A stretch of 64,000 bases of DNA from Stellaceae bacterium (GTDB lineage: Bacteria > Pseudomonadota > Alphaproteobacteria > ATCC43930 > CGMCC-115725). The DNA is taken from NCBI GenBank assembly GCA_035277525.1, contig DATEKH010000147.1:12795-76794 (forward strand), read 5' to 3'. Positions 1-11,156 of this stretch are shown here, piece by piece. The notes under the pieces were generated by a model. It made no database searches and was not told the DNA's origin. It was given only the letters and a program-made list of their open reading frames with translations. The position numbers and the translations under genes were made by a program. How positions within the stretch are numbered: the first letter of the stretch is position 1; every line of letters starts with the position of its first letter.

Positions 1-441
1 CTGCTCTTCGCGCAGAAAGAGCTTGAGCTTCGGAAACGCCTGAGGAAGGCCGCGCATGATTGCCGGCACGAGATAGGGGCTGATAGTCGGGATCACACCG
101 AGCCGCAGCGGTCCCGAGAGCGGCTCGGCGGCGCCGCGCGCGACATCGACGATGTCCTCGGCCTCGCTCAAGAGCCGCCGGCCGCGGGTGACGACCTCTT
201 CGCCAAGCGAGGTCAGCATGACCTGCTTGCGGTTGCGCTCGACGAGATTCGCGCCGAGCCGCTGCTCGAGCTCCTGAATGCCGGCGCTCAAAGTCGATTG
301 GGTGACGGCGCAAGCCGTCGCGGCACGGCCGAAATGGCGGTGCTCGGCGAGCAGCAGCGCTGGGGCGCACTCTTGGCGACGGCGCTCGCCGCGCGCAATC
401 CAGCGCTGATCGCGGCCATCTCGGCCGAGGCGCCCCGGCAT
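1..441 (-). CDS. oxyR: LysR-family regulator, OxyR-like. Only the N-terminal part is in the window; the gene runs off the left edge. The winged HTH appears 5'-truncated.
   Basis: The reverse-strand translation of 1-360 reads [50 protein letters not shown]...[38 protein letters not shown]. This is collinear with the OxyR wHTH and the start of the effector domain. The frame stays open up to an ATG at 441-439. Residues encoded by 361-441 ([27 protein letters not shown]) do not resemble LysR helix 1. Confidence 0.6.
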   Translation of the reverse strand, partial: MPGRLGRDGRDQRWIARGERRRQECAPALLLAEHRHFGRAATACAVTQSTLSAGIQELEQRLGANLVERNRKQVMLTSLGEEVVTRGRRLLSEAEDIVDVARGAAEPLSGPLRLGVIPTISPYLVPAIMRGLPQAFPKLKLFLREEQ

Positions 442-788
442 CTGACGCCGGAAGCCGCGGCCGCGGCCAAATCCGCGGCCTCGATCATGGCGATGAACAA
501 TATCTATTACCGCTTCACGCATCTCGCCTCGGACCGCGACTACGCCGCCATGCCGGCACGGCTGCGTATGAACGTGATCGCCAATCCGGGCGTCGAGAAA
601 GCCGATTTCGAGCTGTGGTCGCTGGCGGTCTCCGCCATCGATGGCGCGGCGCCTGCATCGACGCGCATGACAAGGTGTTGCGCCAGGCCGGCGTTTCGCG
701 CGAGGCGATCCAGCAAGCGGTCCGCATCGCCGCCGTGATCCATGCCGTCGCCGCCACGCTTGATGGGGAGGCGAGCCTTGCCGCCTGA
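334..788 (+). pseudogene. ahpD: AhpD-like alkylhydroperoxidase remnant (carboxymuconolactone decarboxylase family), N-terminally truncated and frameshifted
   Basis: The first frame gives ..[101 protein letters not shown]. At about 646 the frame is lost. The shifted frame continues (G)[45 protein letters not shown] and stops at 786-788. The family motif is INGCGxCIDAH. The sequence ggc-gc-ggc-gcc-tgc lacks one base in the first Cys codon. About 35 N-terminal residues typical of AhpD are absent. Confidence 0.65.
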
Positions 789-862
789 CGGCGGCACATT
801 ATTTGTAAATGAGCGTTCTTTGGCACACGCGTTGAGATCAACCCGAAGCAGGAGGGGCTTCC

Positions 863-1351
863 ATGCCGAACTACCGCACCGAGAATAATCTGCCGTCCAA
901 CACGAAGACCGCCTCGATCAATCTCCTCAACGCGCGGCTGGCGGAGGCGATCGACCTGGCCCTGCTCACCAAACAGGCCCATTGGAACATCAAGGGACCG
1001 CAATTCATCGCGCTCCACGAGATGATCGACGGGTTCCGCACCGAGATCGACACCCATGTCGATATCCTGGCCGAGCGGGTCGTTCAGCTCGGCGGGGCAG
1101 CGCTCGGCACGACCCAGGCGGTCGCCAAGGCGACCTCGCTCGCACCCTATCCCACGGACATCCACCAATCGAAGGATCACCTCGCGGCCTTGATCGAGCG
1201 CTATGGCAAGGCAGCGAACGCCGTGCGCGCGGCAATCGACGAGGCCGATGAGGCGGGCGACGCCGACACGGCCGATATTTTCACTGCCTATTCGCGCGCG
1301 CTCGACAAGTCGCTCTGGTTCCTCGAGGCGCATATTCAGGAACCGGCGTAA
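863..1351 (+). CDS. dps: Dps (DNA starvation/stationary-phase protection protein, ferritin-like)
   Basis: 162-aa ORF. Dps-typical HWNIKGPQFIALHEMIDGF....DILAERVVQLGG ferroxidase-site region. AGGAGG RBS at 850-855. Confidence 0.92.
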   Translation: MPNYRTENNLPSNTKTASINLLNARLAEAIDLALLTKQAHWNIKGPQFIALHEMIDGFRTEIDTHVDILAERVVQLGGAALGTTQAVAKATSLAPYPTDIHQSKDHLAALIERYGKAANAVRAAIDEADEAGDADTADIFTAYSRALDKSLWFLEAHIQEPA

Positions 1352-1359
1352 AGCCCGAC

Positions 1360-1393
1360 GTTCCGGCGGCGTCGTGAGAGGCGCCGCCGGAAC
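1360..1393. terminator. 12-bp perfect hairpin between convergent dps and the acyl-CoA dehydrogenase gene (candidate bidirectional terminator)
   Basis: gttccggcggcg (1360-1371) pairs with cgccgccggaac (1382-1393) around a 10-nt loop. No clear U tract. Confidence 0.45.
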
Positions 1394-1402
1394 GGTGCTC
1401 CG

Positions 1403-2629
1403 CTAACGCGTCTTGCCGAGCCTCTTTTCCATCGCGCGCACCTCGGCGCGGGCGATCGAGCGCAGATGCACCTCGTCGGGCCCGTCGACGATCTGCAGAT
1501 AGCGCCCATGCGTCCAGATATCGGGCAGCGGCGTGTCCTGGGTCAGGCCTTTGGCGCCGAAGACCTGCATCGCGCGGTTGGCGATCGCCACTTCGATGCG
1601 CGGCACGATCACCTTGATGAGCGAAACCTCGCGCCGTGCCGCCTTGGTGCCGAATTGGTCGATCAGCCAGGCGGTCTTGAAGACGAGGAGCCGCGCCTGC
1701 TCGAGCTCGATGCGCGAGAGCGCGATCCATTCGCGGATCGTGCCGTGCTCGTGGAGCATTTGGCCGAAGCTGCGGCGCTCGAGCGAGCGTGCGATCATCA
1801 GCTCGAGCGCGCGCTCGCCCGCGCCGATGGCGCGCATGCAATGATGGATGCGGCCGGGCCCCAGCCGCGCCTGGGCCAGCGCGAAGCCGCCGCCTTCCTC
1901 GCCCAGGAGATTCTCGGCCGGCACGCGGACATCTTGGAACAGCACCTCGCAATGCCCGTTGAGATGAATTTGATGCATCACCGGCGGGTTGCGCACCACG
2001 GTGAGACCCGGCGTGTCCGCGGGCACCAGCACCATGCTCTGGCGGCGATGCGGCTCGGGCCGGTCGGGGCTGGTCTGCCCCATGACGATGAAAAGCTTGG
2101 TGCGCGGATCGGCCGCGTTTGTGATGAACCATTTGCGGCCGTTGATGACCCAATCCCCGCCGTCGCGCGCAATCGCGGTGCGGATATTCGTCGCATCGGA
2201 TGAGGCGACGTCGGGCTCGGTCATGGCGAAGGACGAGCGGATCGTGCCCACCAAAAGCGGCTTCAGCCAGCGCTCTTGCTGTGCCGGCGTCGCTGCGAGG
2301 TGGAGCAGTTCCATATTGCCCGTGTCGGGTGCGCTGCAATTGAATACCTCGGAGGCCCAATCGATGCGGCCCATGATCTCGGCGCAAGGCGCGTAGTCGA
2401 GATTGGACATTGGCGTGCCGGGCTCGTCGGGCTTCAGCCCGGGGAGGAAGAGGTTCCACAAGCCGGCGGCGCGGGCCTTGGCCTTGAGCTCGTCGAGGAA
2501 AGGCGGCGGATAAATCCCCTCCTCCTCGAGCCGCGCGTAATCGCCTTCGCGCGGCGCCACATGCTCGGCGATGAAGCTTTGAAGCGCCGATTGGACGCGC
2601 AGCGATTTTTCCGAGAAGGCGAAATCCAT
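1403..2629 (-). CDS. Acyl-CoA dehydrogenase family protein (FadE2/ACAD10-like)
   Basis: The ORF runs 1403..2776. The likely start is the ATG at 2629 (MDFAFSEKSLRVQSALQSFIAEHV...). ACAD-typical FAMTEPDVASSDATNI and C-terminal GPDEVHLRSIAR. Confidence 0.9.
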   Translation of the reverse strand: MDFAFSEKSLRVQSALQSFIAEHVAPREGDYARLEEEGIYPPPFLDELKAKARAAGLWNLFLPGLKPDEPGTPMSNLDYAPCAEIMGRIDWASEVFNCSAPDTGNMELLHLAATPAQQERWLKPLLVGTIRSSFAMTEPDVASSDATNIRTAIARDGGDWVINGRKWFITNAADPRTKLFIVMGQTSPDRPEPHRRQSMVLVPADTPGLTVVRNPPVMHQIHLNGHCEVLFQDVRVPAENLLGEEGGGFALAQARLGPGRIHHCMRAIGAGERALELMIARSLERRSFGQMLHEHGTIREWIALSRIELEQARLLVFKTAWLIDQFGTKAARREVSLIKVIVPRIEVAIANRAMQVFGAKGLTQDTPLPDIWTHGRYLQIVDGPDEVHLRSIARAEVRAMEKRLGKTR

Positions 2630-2640
2630 GGCGTCGCTCC

Positions 2641-3414
2641 CTAGAGCTCCAGCAGCGCGCGCACGCGCGGCCAGGCCTCGCTGCCTTTTTCCGCCATCAG
2701 CGGCAGGTATTTCGGGTTGAACTGCGCGGCGAGCGCCGATTGATAGGCGGGGCGCGCGCACATCCGCTCGTACCAATCGCCGACGCGCGGATTGCGGTCG
2801 AGCAGGCCAAGGAATTTCAGATGATCGAGCCGCGTCACATAAGGGGCGTAGGCGATGTCGGCGAGGGTGAAGGCGTCGCCGACGAGCCAGGGCGCGCGCT
2901 CGAGCGCGGCGCTCATATCGAGCACCATCTTGTTGAGCCGTCTGATCGCGTCGGGAAAAGCGGGGTTGTCGACGCCCTTTCGCAGCTGCTCAAAACGCTG
3001 GCGATAGGCCGGCCCGCGCAGACGCGTCAGATCTTCGACCACCTCCGGCGGATATTGGTGATGGAAGGCGACGCTCATGCTGACGATGCCGGTCGCGGCG
3101 AAAATCCCGCCATCGATTTCCTTGGTCCAAAGCCGCATCTTCGCGCGGCCCGCGGGGTCGGCCGGACGCAAAGGCGTGGCGGGAAAGGCATCCTCGATAT
3201 ATTCGTTGATGACGATCGATTCGGTGACCACGATTGCGTCGTGAACGAGGGTCGGCACCACGCCTTTGGCGTTGAGCTTCAGATAGTCGGGCTTTTGCTG
3301 ATCGCCCGCGCGCAGATTGAGATGGCGCGGCTCATAGGCGAGCCCCTTTTCGGCCAGAGCGAGGCGCACCTTCTGCGCGCAGACCGACATATCGTTGTGG
3401 TAGAGCGTGAGCAT
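2641..3414 (-). CDS. Glutathione S-transferase family protein
   Basis: Internal ATG at 3414 (MLTLYHNDMSVCAQKVRLALAEKGL...). GST N-terminal thioredoxin-like fold motif GVVPTLVHD..VVTES.VINEYI. Confidence 0.85.
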   Translation of the reverse strand: MLTLYHNDMSVCAQKVRLALAEKGLAYEPRHLNLRAGDQQKPDYLKLNAKGVVPTLVHDAIVVTESIVINEYIEDAFPATPLRPADPAGRAKMRLWTKEIDGGIFAATGIVSMSVAFHHQYPPEVVEDLTRLRGPAYRQRFEQLRKGVDNPAFPDAIRRLNKMVLDMSAALERAPWLVGDAFTLADIAYAPYVTRLDHLKFLGLLDRNPRVGDWYERMCARPAYQSALAAQFNPKYLPLMAEKGSEAWPRVRALLEL

Positions 3415-3703
3415 CGTCTTTCCTCCCGAAAACGGCGCTGGCCTGTCCGCCGCCAGCCCTTGTTCTTCGCCGCGCGCGTTCCTATTCACTTTATCAGAAG
3501 GCCTCGCGCGAGGCTGCGCAAAGCCTTTGCGGCGCAATTTCCGCATCGCGGAAGGCGCTGTAACAGCTTGAAATTACGAGCCTTCTAACGACTCGCAATT
3601 TCGTGAAAATAATGGTTGCAGGGGGTTGAAGCTTGAGGTTTTATGCCGACCTATTGCGTACCGCTGCGGTCCTAATTGTGGAAGGCCAAATTCCCGGTCG
3701 TAA

Positions 3704-4155
3704 ATGGTCATTCTGAGCAAACTCGCCGATTACGGCGTCATCGTCGCAACCCATCTGGCCGCCAATCCCGAACGGCAGATGACGGCGGCGGTCCTCGCCA
3801 AGGAAACCAGCCTGCCGCGCGCCACTGTCGCCAAAGTCCTGAAGGCGCTGGCGCATGCCGATATCGTTGCGGGCGCGCGCGGCGCGGCGGGCGGCTACCG
3901 CCTGGCGCGCGACGGCGCCGAGATCTCGCTGTCGCGGGTGGTCGCGGCGATCGACGGCATGATGGGCGTGACTCAATGCACGGTTCACGGACCCGACTGC
4001 AAGCGCGTCCATTTCTGCGCGACGCGGCCGCATTGGCGGCGCATCAATGAGGCCGTGAGCACCGCCTTGAGCGCCGTCACCCTCGCCGAAATGGCAATGC
4101 CGTTCGGCGTGCCGACCGCCCGGCCTGCTGTGCCCAAAGAGGATAATTTGTCACT

Positions 4156-4159
<4 letters not shown>
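3704..4159 (+). CDS. Rrf2-family transcriptional regulator (SUF/Fe-S cluster assembly regulator, IscR-like)
   Basis: [19 protein letters not shown]... wHTH. Three-Cys cluster [14 protein letters not shown] (C-x6-C-x5-C), typical of Fe-S-binding Rrf2 proteins. 4-nt ATGA overlap with sufB. Confidence 0.85.
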
Positions 4160-5610
<1,451 letters not shown>

Positions 5611-5627
5611 TGAGGTATCGAATTTTG

Positions 5628-6377
<750 letters not shown>

Positions 6378-6382
6378 GCCGC

Positions 6383-7687
6383 ATGAGCGCCTCGGTCGAA
6401 ACAGCGCCTTACCGCGCGGCCTTCGACGCGCAGCGGCGCGCGGGCGAGCCGACCTGGCTCGGCGACAGCCGTCGCACCGCTCTCGCGCGCTTCGAGGCGC
6501 TGGGTTTCCCGACGCGGCGCAGCGAGGATTGGCGCTTTACCAATCTCGGCGCTTTGCGCCGCAGCAGCTTCGCGCCGGCCGGGGGAGAGGCGGGAACCGC
6601 GCCCGATCTGGCGCGCTGGCTCTATCCGGATAAAACTCATCGCCTCGTCCTGATCGATGGCCGGCTTGCGCCGGCGCTATGCGATATCGGCATGCTGCCC
6701 GAGGGCGCTTATCTTGCCGGCACGGGAAAGGCGCTCGAGGAGCGGCCCGAATTGGCGAAGGCGCTGTTCGACGAGACCGATCGAATCGGCGGCCAGGCCT
6801 TCGCCTCGCTCAACGCGGCGCTTTTCGCGGACGGGTTCGTCCTCGCGCTCGATCCCGGGGTCGTTCTCGAGCGGCCGGTCGAGATCGTCCATTTCGGCCG
6901 CGCGCCGCAACGCTCTTCGCAGCTGCGCTCGCTGGTGCGGTTGGGCGAGGGCGCGCGCGCGACCGTGATCGAGAGCTTCGCCGGCGGCGCCGAGCATTGG
7001 CTCAACGCCGTCGCGCGGGTCGAGCTCGCGCCCGGCGCGGCGCTGCGGCACGCAAAACTTCAGGACGAGGACAAGAGCGCAATCCACCTCGCGCAGGCGC
7101 GTGCGGTTCTGGAAAAAAACGCGCGCTATGAGGCCTTCGTGCTGCACCTCGGCGGCGGGCTCGCGCGCCACGACATCGTCGTGCGCTTTGCCGGCAAGGA
7201 TGCGGCCTGCGGATTGTTCGGCGCAAGCCTGCTGCGCGGCGAGCAGGAGGCGACAGTCGCAACCCTCGTCGATCACGCAGCGCCGGGTTGCACCACGCGC
7301 GAATATTTCAAGACTGTCGTCGATGAGCGCGCGCATGGCGTGTTCCTGGGCCGCATCGCGGTCCGACCTGAGGCGCAGAAGACCGACGCCCATCAGCTCA
7401 ACAAGAATCTGCTGCTCTCGCCACGCGCGAATGTCGATACCAAGCCCGAGCTTGAAATTTTTGCTGACGACGTCAAATGCCGCCATGGCGCCACGGTCGG
7501 CGATCTCGATGAGGCGGCGCTGTTCTATCTGGAGACGCGCGGCATTCCGCCCGCCGAGGCGCGGCGCATGCTGATCGAGGCTTTCGCCGCCGAGGCGATC
7601 GAGCAGATCGAGGACGATCCGGGCTTGCGCGCCTACCTGGCAAGGCATGTGCGGCGCTGGCTCGGCCGCGACGAGGACGAGGCATGA
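6383..7687 (+). CDS. sufD: Fe-S cluster assembly protein SufD
   Basis: 434 aa. SufD-typical C-terminal KPELEIFADDVKC.HGATVG.LDE..LFYL..RG. Lies between sufC and sufS. Confidence 0.9.
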   Translation: MSASVETAPYRAAFDAQRRAGEPTWLGDSRRTALARFEALGFPTRRSEDWRFTNLGALRRSSFAPAGGEAGTAPDLARWLYPDKTHRLVLIDGRLAPALCDIGMLPEGAYLAGTGKALEERPELAKALFDETDRIGGQAFASLNAALFADGFVLALDPGVVLERPVEIVHFGRAPQRSSQLRSLVRLGEGARATVIESFAGGAEHWLNAVARVELAPGAALRHAKLQDEDKSAIHLAQARAVLEKNARYEAFVLHLGGGLARHDIVVRFAGKDAACGLFGASLLRGEQEATVATLVDHAAPGCTTREYFKTVVDERAHGVFLGRIAVRPEAQKTDAHQLNKNLLLSPRANVDTKPELEIFADDVKCRHGATVGDLDEAALFYLETRGIPPAEARRMLIEAFAAEAIEQIEDDPGLRAYLARHVRRWLGRDEDEA

Positions 7688-8925
7688 AGTCCGCCGCTGT
7701 CAAGACATTGGCCGCTTTCGATCCGCGCCGCGTGAAACGCGACTTTCCAATCTTCGCCAACAATCCGGGCCTCGTTTTCCTCGACAGCGCGGCGAGCGCG
7801 CAAAAGCCCGCCGCGGTGATCGATCGGGTCAGCGAGTTCTATCGCACCGATTACGCCAATGTGCATCGCGGCGTTTACCGGCTGAGCACCAAGTCAAGCG
7901 AGCTCTACGAGGCGGCGCGCGAGACCGCACGGCGCTTTCTCAATGCCGGCGACGCCAGCGAGATCGTTTTCGTGCGCGGCGCGACCGAGGCGATCAATCT
8001 CGTCGTCTATAGCTGGGGCGGCGCCTTTCTCAAACCGGGCGACGAGGTGCTCATCACCGAGTTGGAGCATCACGCCAATATCGTGCCCTGGCAGATTCTG
8101 CGGGATCGCGTCGGCTTCACGCTGAAAGTCGCGCCGATCGACGCCACCGGCGGGCTCGACATGAGCGCGCTCGCCGCGCTCGTCACGCCCGCCACCAAGC
8201 TCGTCGGCGTGACGCAGCTCGCCAATGCGACCGGCGCGATCGTGCCGGTCGAGGCGGTCATTCGCCTGGCGCACGCCCAGGGCGCCAAGGTGCTGATCGA
8301 TGGCTGCCAGGCGGCGCCGCGCATGAAGGTCGATGTCCGCGCGATGGATTGCGATTTCTATGCCTTCTCGGGCCACAAAACCTATGGGCCGACCGGCATC
8401 GGCGTGCTCTATGCCAAGCGCGCGATCCTCGATGCCATGCCGCCCTGGCAAGCGGGCGGCGACATGATCGAGAACGTCACCTTCGAGCGCACGACCTTTC
8501 AGCCGCCGCCGGCGCGCTTCGAGGCCGGCACGCCCGACATTTCGGGCGCGATCGGGCTCGCGACCGCGCTCGATTACATCGAGGCGCTGGGGCGCGACGA
8601 GATCGAGGCGCATGAGGCGGCGCTGACGGAATACGGCATCGACCGGTTGTCGCGGCTGCCCGGGGTCAGGCTCGTCGGTGCGGGACAGCGGCGCTTCGGC
8701 ATTCTCTCGCTCGATGTCGAGGGCGTTCACCCGCACGATCTCGCAACCTTGCTCGATCAGCACGGGGTCGCGGTGCGTGCCGGGCATCACTGCGCGCAGC
8801 CGCTCTTGGAAAAGCTCGGCATGCACGCGACGACGCGCGCTTCGTTCGGCGTCTACAACGATGAGAGCGATATCGATCGGCTCGCCGAGGCGTTAACGGC
8901 GGCGCAGGCGATCTTCGCGCGCTGA
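7684..8925 (+). CDS. sufS: Cysteine desulfurase SufS (class II)
   Basis: 413 aa. PLP-Lys motif SGHKTYGPTGIG and catalytic Cys RAGHHCAQP. ATGA overlap with sufD. Confidence 0.93.
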   Translation: MKSAAVKTLAAFDPRRVKRDFPIFANNPGLVFLDSAASAQKPAAVIDRVSEFYRTDYANVHRGVYRLSTKSSELYEAARETARRFLNAGDASEIVFVRGATEAINLVVYSWGGAFLKPGDEVLITELEHHANIVPWQILRDRVGFTLKVAPIDATGGLDMSALAALVTPATKLVGVTQLANATGAIVPVEAVIRLAHAQGAKVLIDGCQAAPRMKVDVRAMDCDFYAFSGHKTYGPTGIGVLYAKRAILDAMPPWQAGGDMIENVTFERTTFQPPPARFEAGTPDISGAIGLATALDYIEALGRDEIEAHEAALTEYGIDRLSRLPGVRLVGAGQRRFGILSLDVEGVHPHDLATLLDQHGVAVRAGHHCAQPLLEKLGMHATTRASFGVYNDESDIDRLAEALTAAQAIFAR

Positions 8926-8949
8926 GTGAAAGAACGGGTAACAGGGCAC

Positions 8950-9414
8950 ATGGAATCGCGGGATCTCTATCAGGACATCATTCTCGATCACGGCCGCAAG
9001 CCGCGGAATTTCCATGCGATGCCGCATCCGAGCCATTTCGCGCAAGGCCACAATCCGCTTTGCGGCGACCGCGTGACCGTCTATCTCGATGTCGAGGGCG
9101 ACCGGATCAAGGATGTGAGCTTCGAGGGCCGCGGCTGCGCGATCTCGACCGCTTCGGCCTCGCTCATGACCGAGGTGCTGAAGGGCAAGACGGTTGCCGA
9201 GGCCGACGAGCTGTTCAAGGCGTTCCATGCCGAGGTCACGGGCGGCGAGGGGACGACGATACCCGAGGCGCTTCAGGACGATCTCGAGCGGCTGGCCCCG
9301 CTCGAAGGCGTCAAGGCCTATCCCGCGCGCGTCAAATGCGCGACGCTTGCCTGGCGCGCCTTCGAGGCGGCGCTCAAGGCCGGCGGGGTCGGCGCCACGG
9401 TCAAGACCGAGTAG
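8950..9414 (+). CDS. sufU: SufU-type (IscU/NifU-like) sulfur-acceptor/scaffold protein
   Basis: MESRDLYQDIILDHGRKPRNF.. Motifs NPLCGD, GRGCAIS and VKCATLAW give the three Cys plus Asp of SufU. An alternative GTG start at 8926 abuts the sufS stop. Confidence 0.8.
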   Translation: MESRDLYQDIILDHGRKPRNFHAMPHPSHFAQGHNPLCGDRVTVYLDVEGDRIKDVSFEGRGCAISTASASLMTEVLKGKTVAEADELFKAFHAEVTGGEGTTIPEALQDDLERLAPLEGVKAYPARVKCATLAWRAFEAALKAGGVGATVKTE

Positions 9415-9419
9415 CAGTT

Positions 9420-9812
9420 ATGGCGAGCGACGATCCCTTCGATTTCGGTCACGCGGGCGAAACGCCCGCCGGCGAGGAGGTCGAGCGCCCAGCCGCGACC
9501 GAAAGCGATCCGGCCTTGGTCGAGCGCGTGCTCGATGCGATGCGCACGGTGCACGATCCGGAAATTCCGGTGAACATCGTCGAGCTTGGCCTCATCTACG
9601 AGCTCATCGCCAACAAGGACGGCATCGTCTACATCGAGATGACGCTGACGACCCCGGCTTGTCCGGTGGCGGGCGCCTTGCCGGGCCAGGTGCGCGACGC
9701 CGTCGCCGAGGTCGAGGGCGTCAACGACGTGCGCGTGAAGCTGGTCTGGTCGCCGCCCTGGGACAAGGACCGGATGAGCGAGGAAGCAAAGCTCGAACTG
9801 GGGCTGATTTAG
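9420..9812 (+). CDS. sufT: DUF59-family Fe-S assembly protein (SufT/PaaD-like)
   Basis: VHDPEIPVNIVELGLIY....MTLTTPACP.... core typical of SufT, in the last position of the suf operon. Confidence 0.8.
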   Translation: MASDDPFDFGHAGETPAGEEVERPAATESDPALVERVLDAMRTVHDPEIPVNIVELGLIYELIANKDGIVYIEMTLTTPACPVAGALPGQVRDAVAEVEGVNDVRVKLVWSPPWDKDRMSEEAKLELGLI

Positions 9813-9842
9813 GCTGCCCCGCTCGGGCCTGGCCTCTCGAAC

Positions 9843-11156
9843 TCAGCGGTGCAACAGCACCATCGAGATTTCCGGGATATAGGTGATGATGAGCAGCGCG
9901 ATAAAGTTGAGCACCAGGAAAGGCAAGACGCCCGCATAGATGCGCCCGAGCGGCGCGTTGAAGATCGCCTGCGACGAGAACAGGTTGAGCCCGAAGGGCG
10001 GCGTGTACATGCCGAGGCTCAAATTCACCGTTACGATGATCCCGAAATGGATGGCGTTGACGCCGACACCCTGGACGATCGGCAGCAGCAGCGGCGTCAG
10101 GATCAGGATCGCCGGCGCCGGCTCGAGAAAGCTGCCGGCGGCGAGGAGGCCGACATTGAGGCTCAGCAGCAGCTCCCATTTCGACATGTGGAGCGCTTCG
10201 ATCGCGCCGACGATTTGTTGCGGAATGCCGCTCGTTGTCAGCAGCCAGGAATAGATTCCCGCCGAGGTGACGATCAGCAGGATCTGGGAAATGAGGTAGG
10301 AGGCGTCGACGAGAATCTTCCAGCAGCGCGCGAGGTCGACCTCGCGATAGATCACCATCGTCACGAAGATCGAGTAAACGACGGCGACGCCGGCGGCCTC
10401 GGTCGGCGTGAAGATGCCGCCGTAGATGCCGCCGAAGATCACGACCAGCGTGCCGAGCGACCAGCTCGCCTCCTTGGTCGTCTGCCACACCATTCGCCGA
10501 TGCGCGCGCTCGCCGAGCGGGACCTTCTTCATGCGCGCGTAGGTCAGGACGAAGCCGCCATCGATGATGCCGATGAGAAGGCTTGGCAGGATGCCCGCGG
10601 TGAACAGCGCCACCGCCGACTGCTCGGCCGAGACGGCATAGAGGATCATCGCGATCGAGGGCGGGATCATCACCGCAATCGCGCCGGAAGAGGCGATCAG
10701 CCCGACCGAGAAACGGTCTTCGTAGCCTGCGTCCCTCAGCGAGGGGTAGAGCATCCGTCCCATCGCGACGACGGTGCCGATCGCGGTATGCGACATCGCG
10801 CCGAACAGCTCCGAAGCCGCCACGGTCGTGACGCCGAGCGAGCCGCGCACGCCGCCGACAAAGGCCATGACCATGGCGATGATGCGGCGCGCGACGCCGC
10901 CCTGCGCCATGAACTCGCCGGCGAGCACGAAGAACGGCACGGCCATCAGCGGGAAATTGTCGAGGCTGCCGAACATATAGGTTTGCAGCGTCTCCGGCGG
11001 CGCGCCGGCGATTGTCAGAATGGCGACGATCGACGTCACAAGCAGGATGAGGAAAACGGGAAAGCCGATGGCGAGGAGAAAAACCGGCAGGCCGAAATAA
11101 ATGAGATAGGCCAGCATCGCCGCCCGCTCAGGAATGCGTTCGCGGCGCGCCGCCAT
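9843..11156 (-). CDS. dctM: TRAP transporter large permease (DctM family)
   Basis: 437-aa polytopic membrane ORF with DctM-like sequence throughout. An alternative start at 11117 (MLAYLIYFG..) would remove the overlap with dctQ. Confidence 0.85.
   Translation of the reverse strand: MAARRERIPERAAMLAYLIYFGLPVFLLAIGFPVFLILLVTSIVAILTIAGAPPETLQTYMFGSLDNFPLMAVPFFVLAGEFMAQGGVARRIIAMVMAFVGGVRGSLGVTTVAASELFGAMSHTAIGTVVAMGRMLYPSLRDAGYEDRFSVGLIASSGAIAVMIPPSIAMILYAVSAEQSAVALFTAGILPSLLIGIIDGGFVLTYARMKKVPLGERAHRRMVWQTTKEASWSLGTLVVIFGGIYGGIFTPTEAAGVAVVYSIFVTMVIYREVDLARCWKILVDASYLISQILLIVTSAGIYSWLLTTSGIPQQIVGAIEALHMSKWELLLSLNVGLLAAGSFLEPAPAILILTPLLLPIVQGVGVNAIHFGIIVTVNLSLGMYTPPFGLNLFSSQAIFNAPLGRIYAGVLPFLVLNFIALLIITYIPEISMVLLHR

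Noticed and set aside
298-738. The 146-aa ORF in the track, which could be read as an intact gene.
   Set aside because: Its first ~15 codons are antisense to the OxyR HTH. Its last ~30 residues ([30 protein letters not shown]) are out-of-frame read-through after the frameshift at ~646. The AhpD-like sequence continues in another frame, so it is treated as a pseudogene.
821-835. A sigma-54-like element, TGGCACacgcgTTGAg, about 28 nt upstream of the dps start codon with sensible geometry.
   Set aside because: The near-invariant GC of the -12 element (TTGC) is replaced by GA. No enhancer-binding-protein gene or UAS is evident. A single near-match in 64 kb of GC-rich DNA is weak evidence.
3574-3589. 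An Irr ICE-box-like sequence, ttacgagccttctaac, upstream of the suf regulator gene.
   Set aside because: Only the right half (ttctaa) matches well. The left half is about 4/7. Without a position-weight matrix and a genome background this is not distinguishable from chance.
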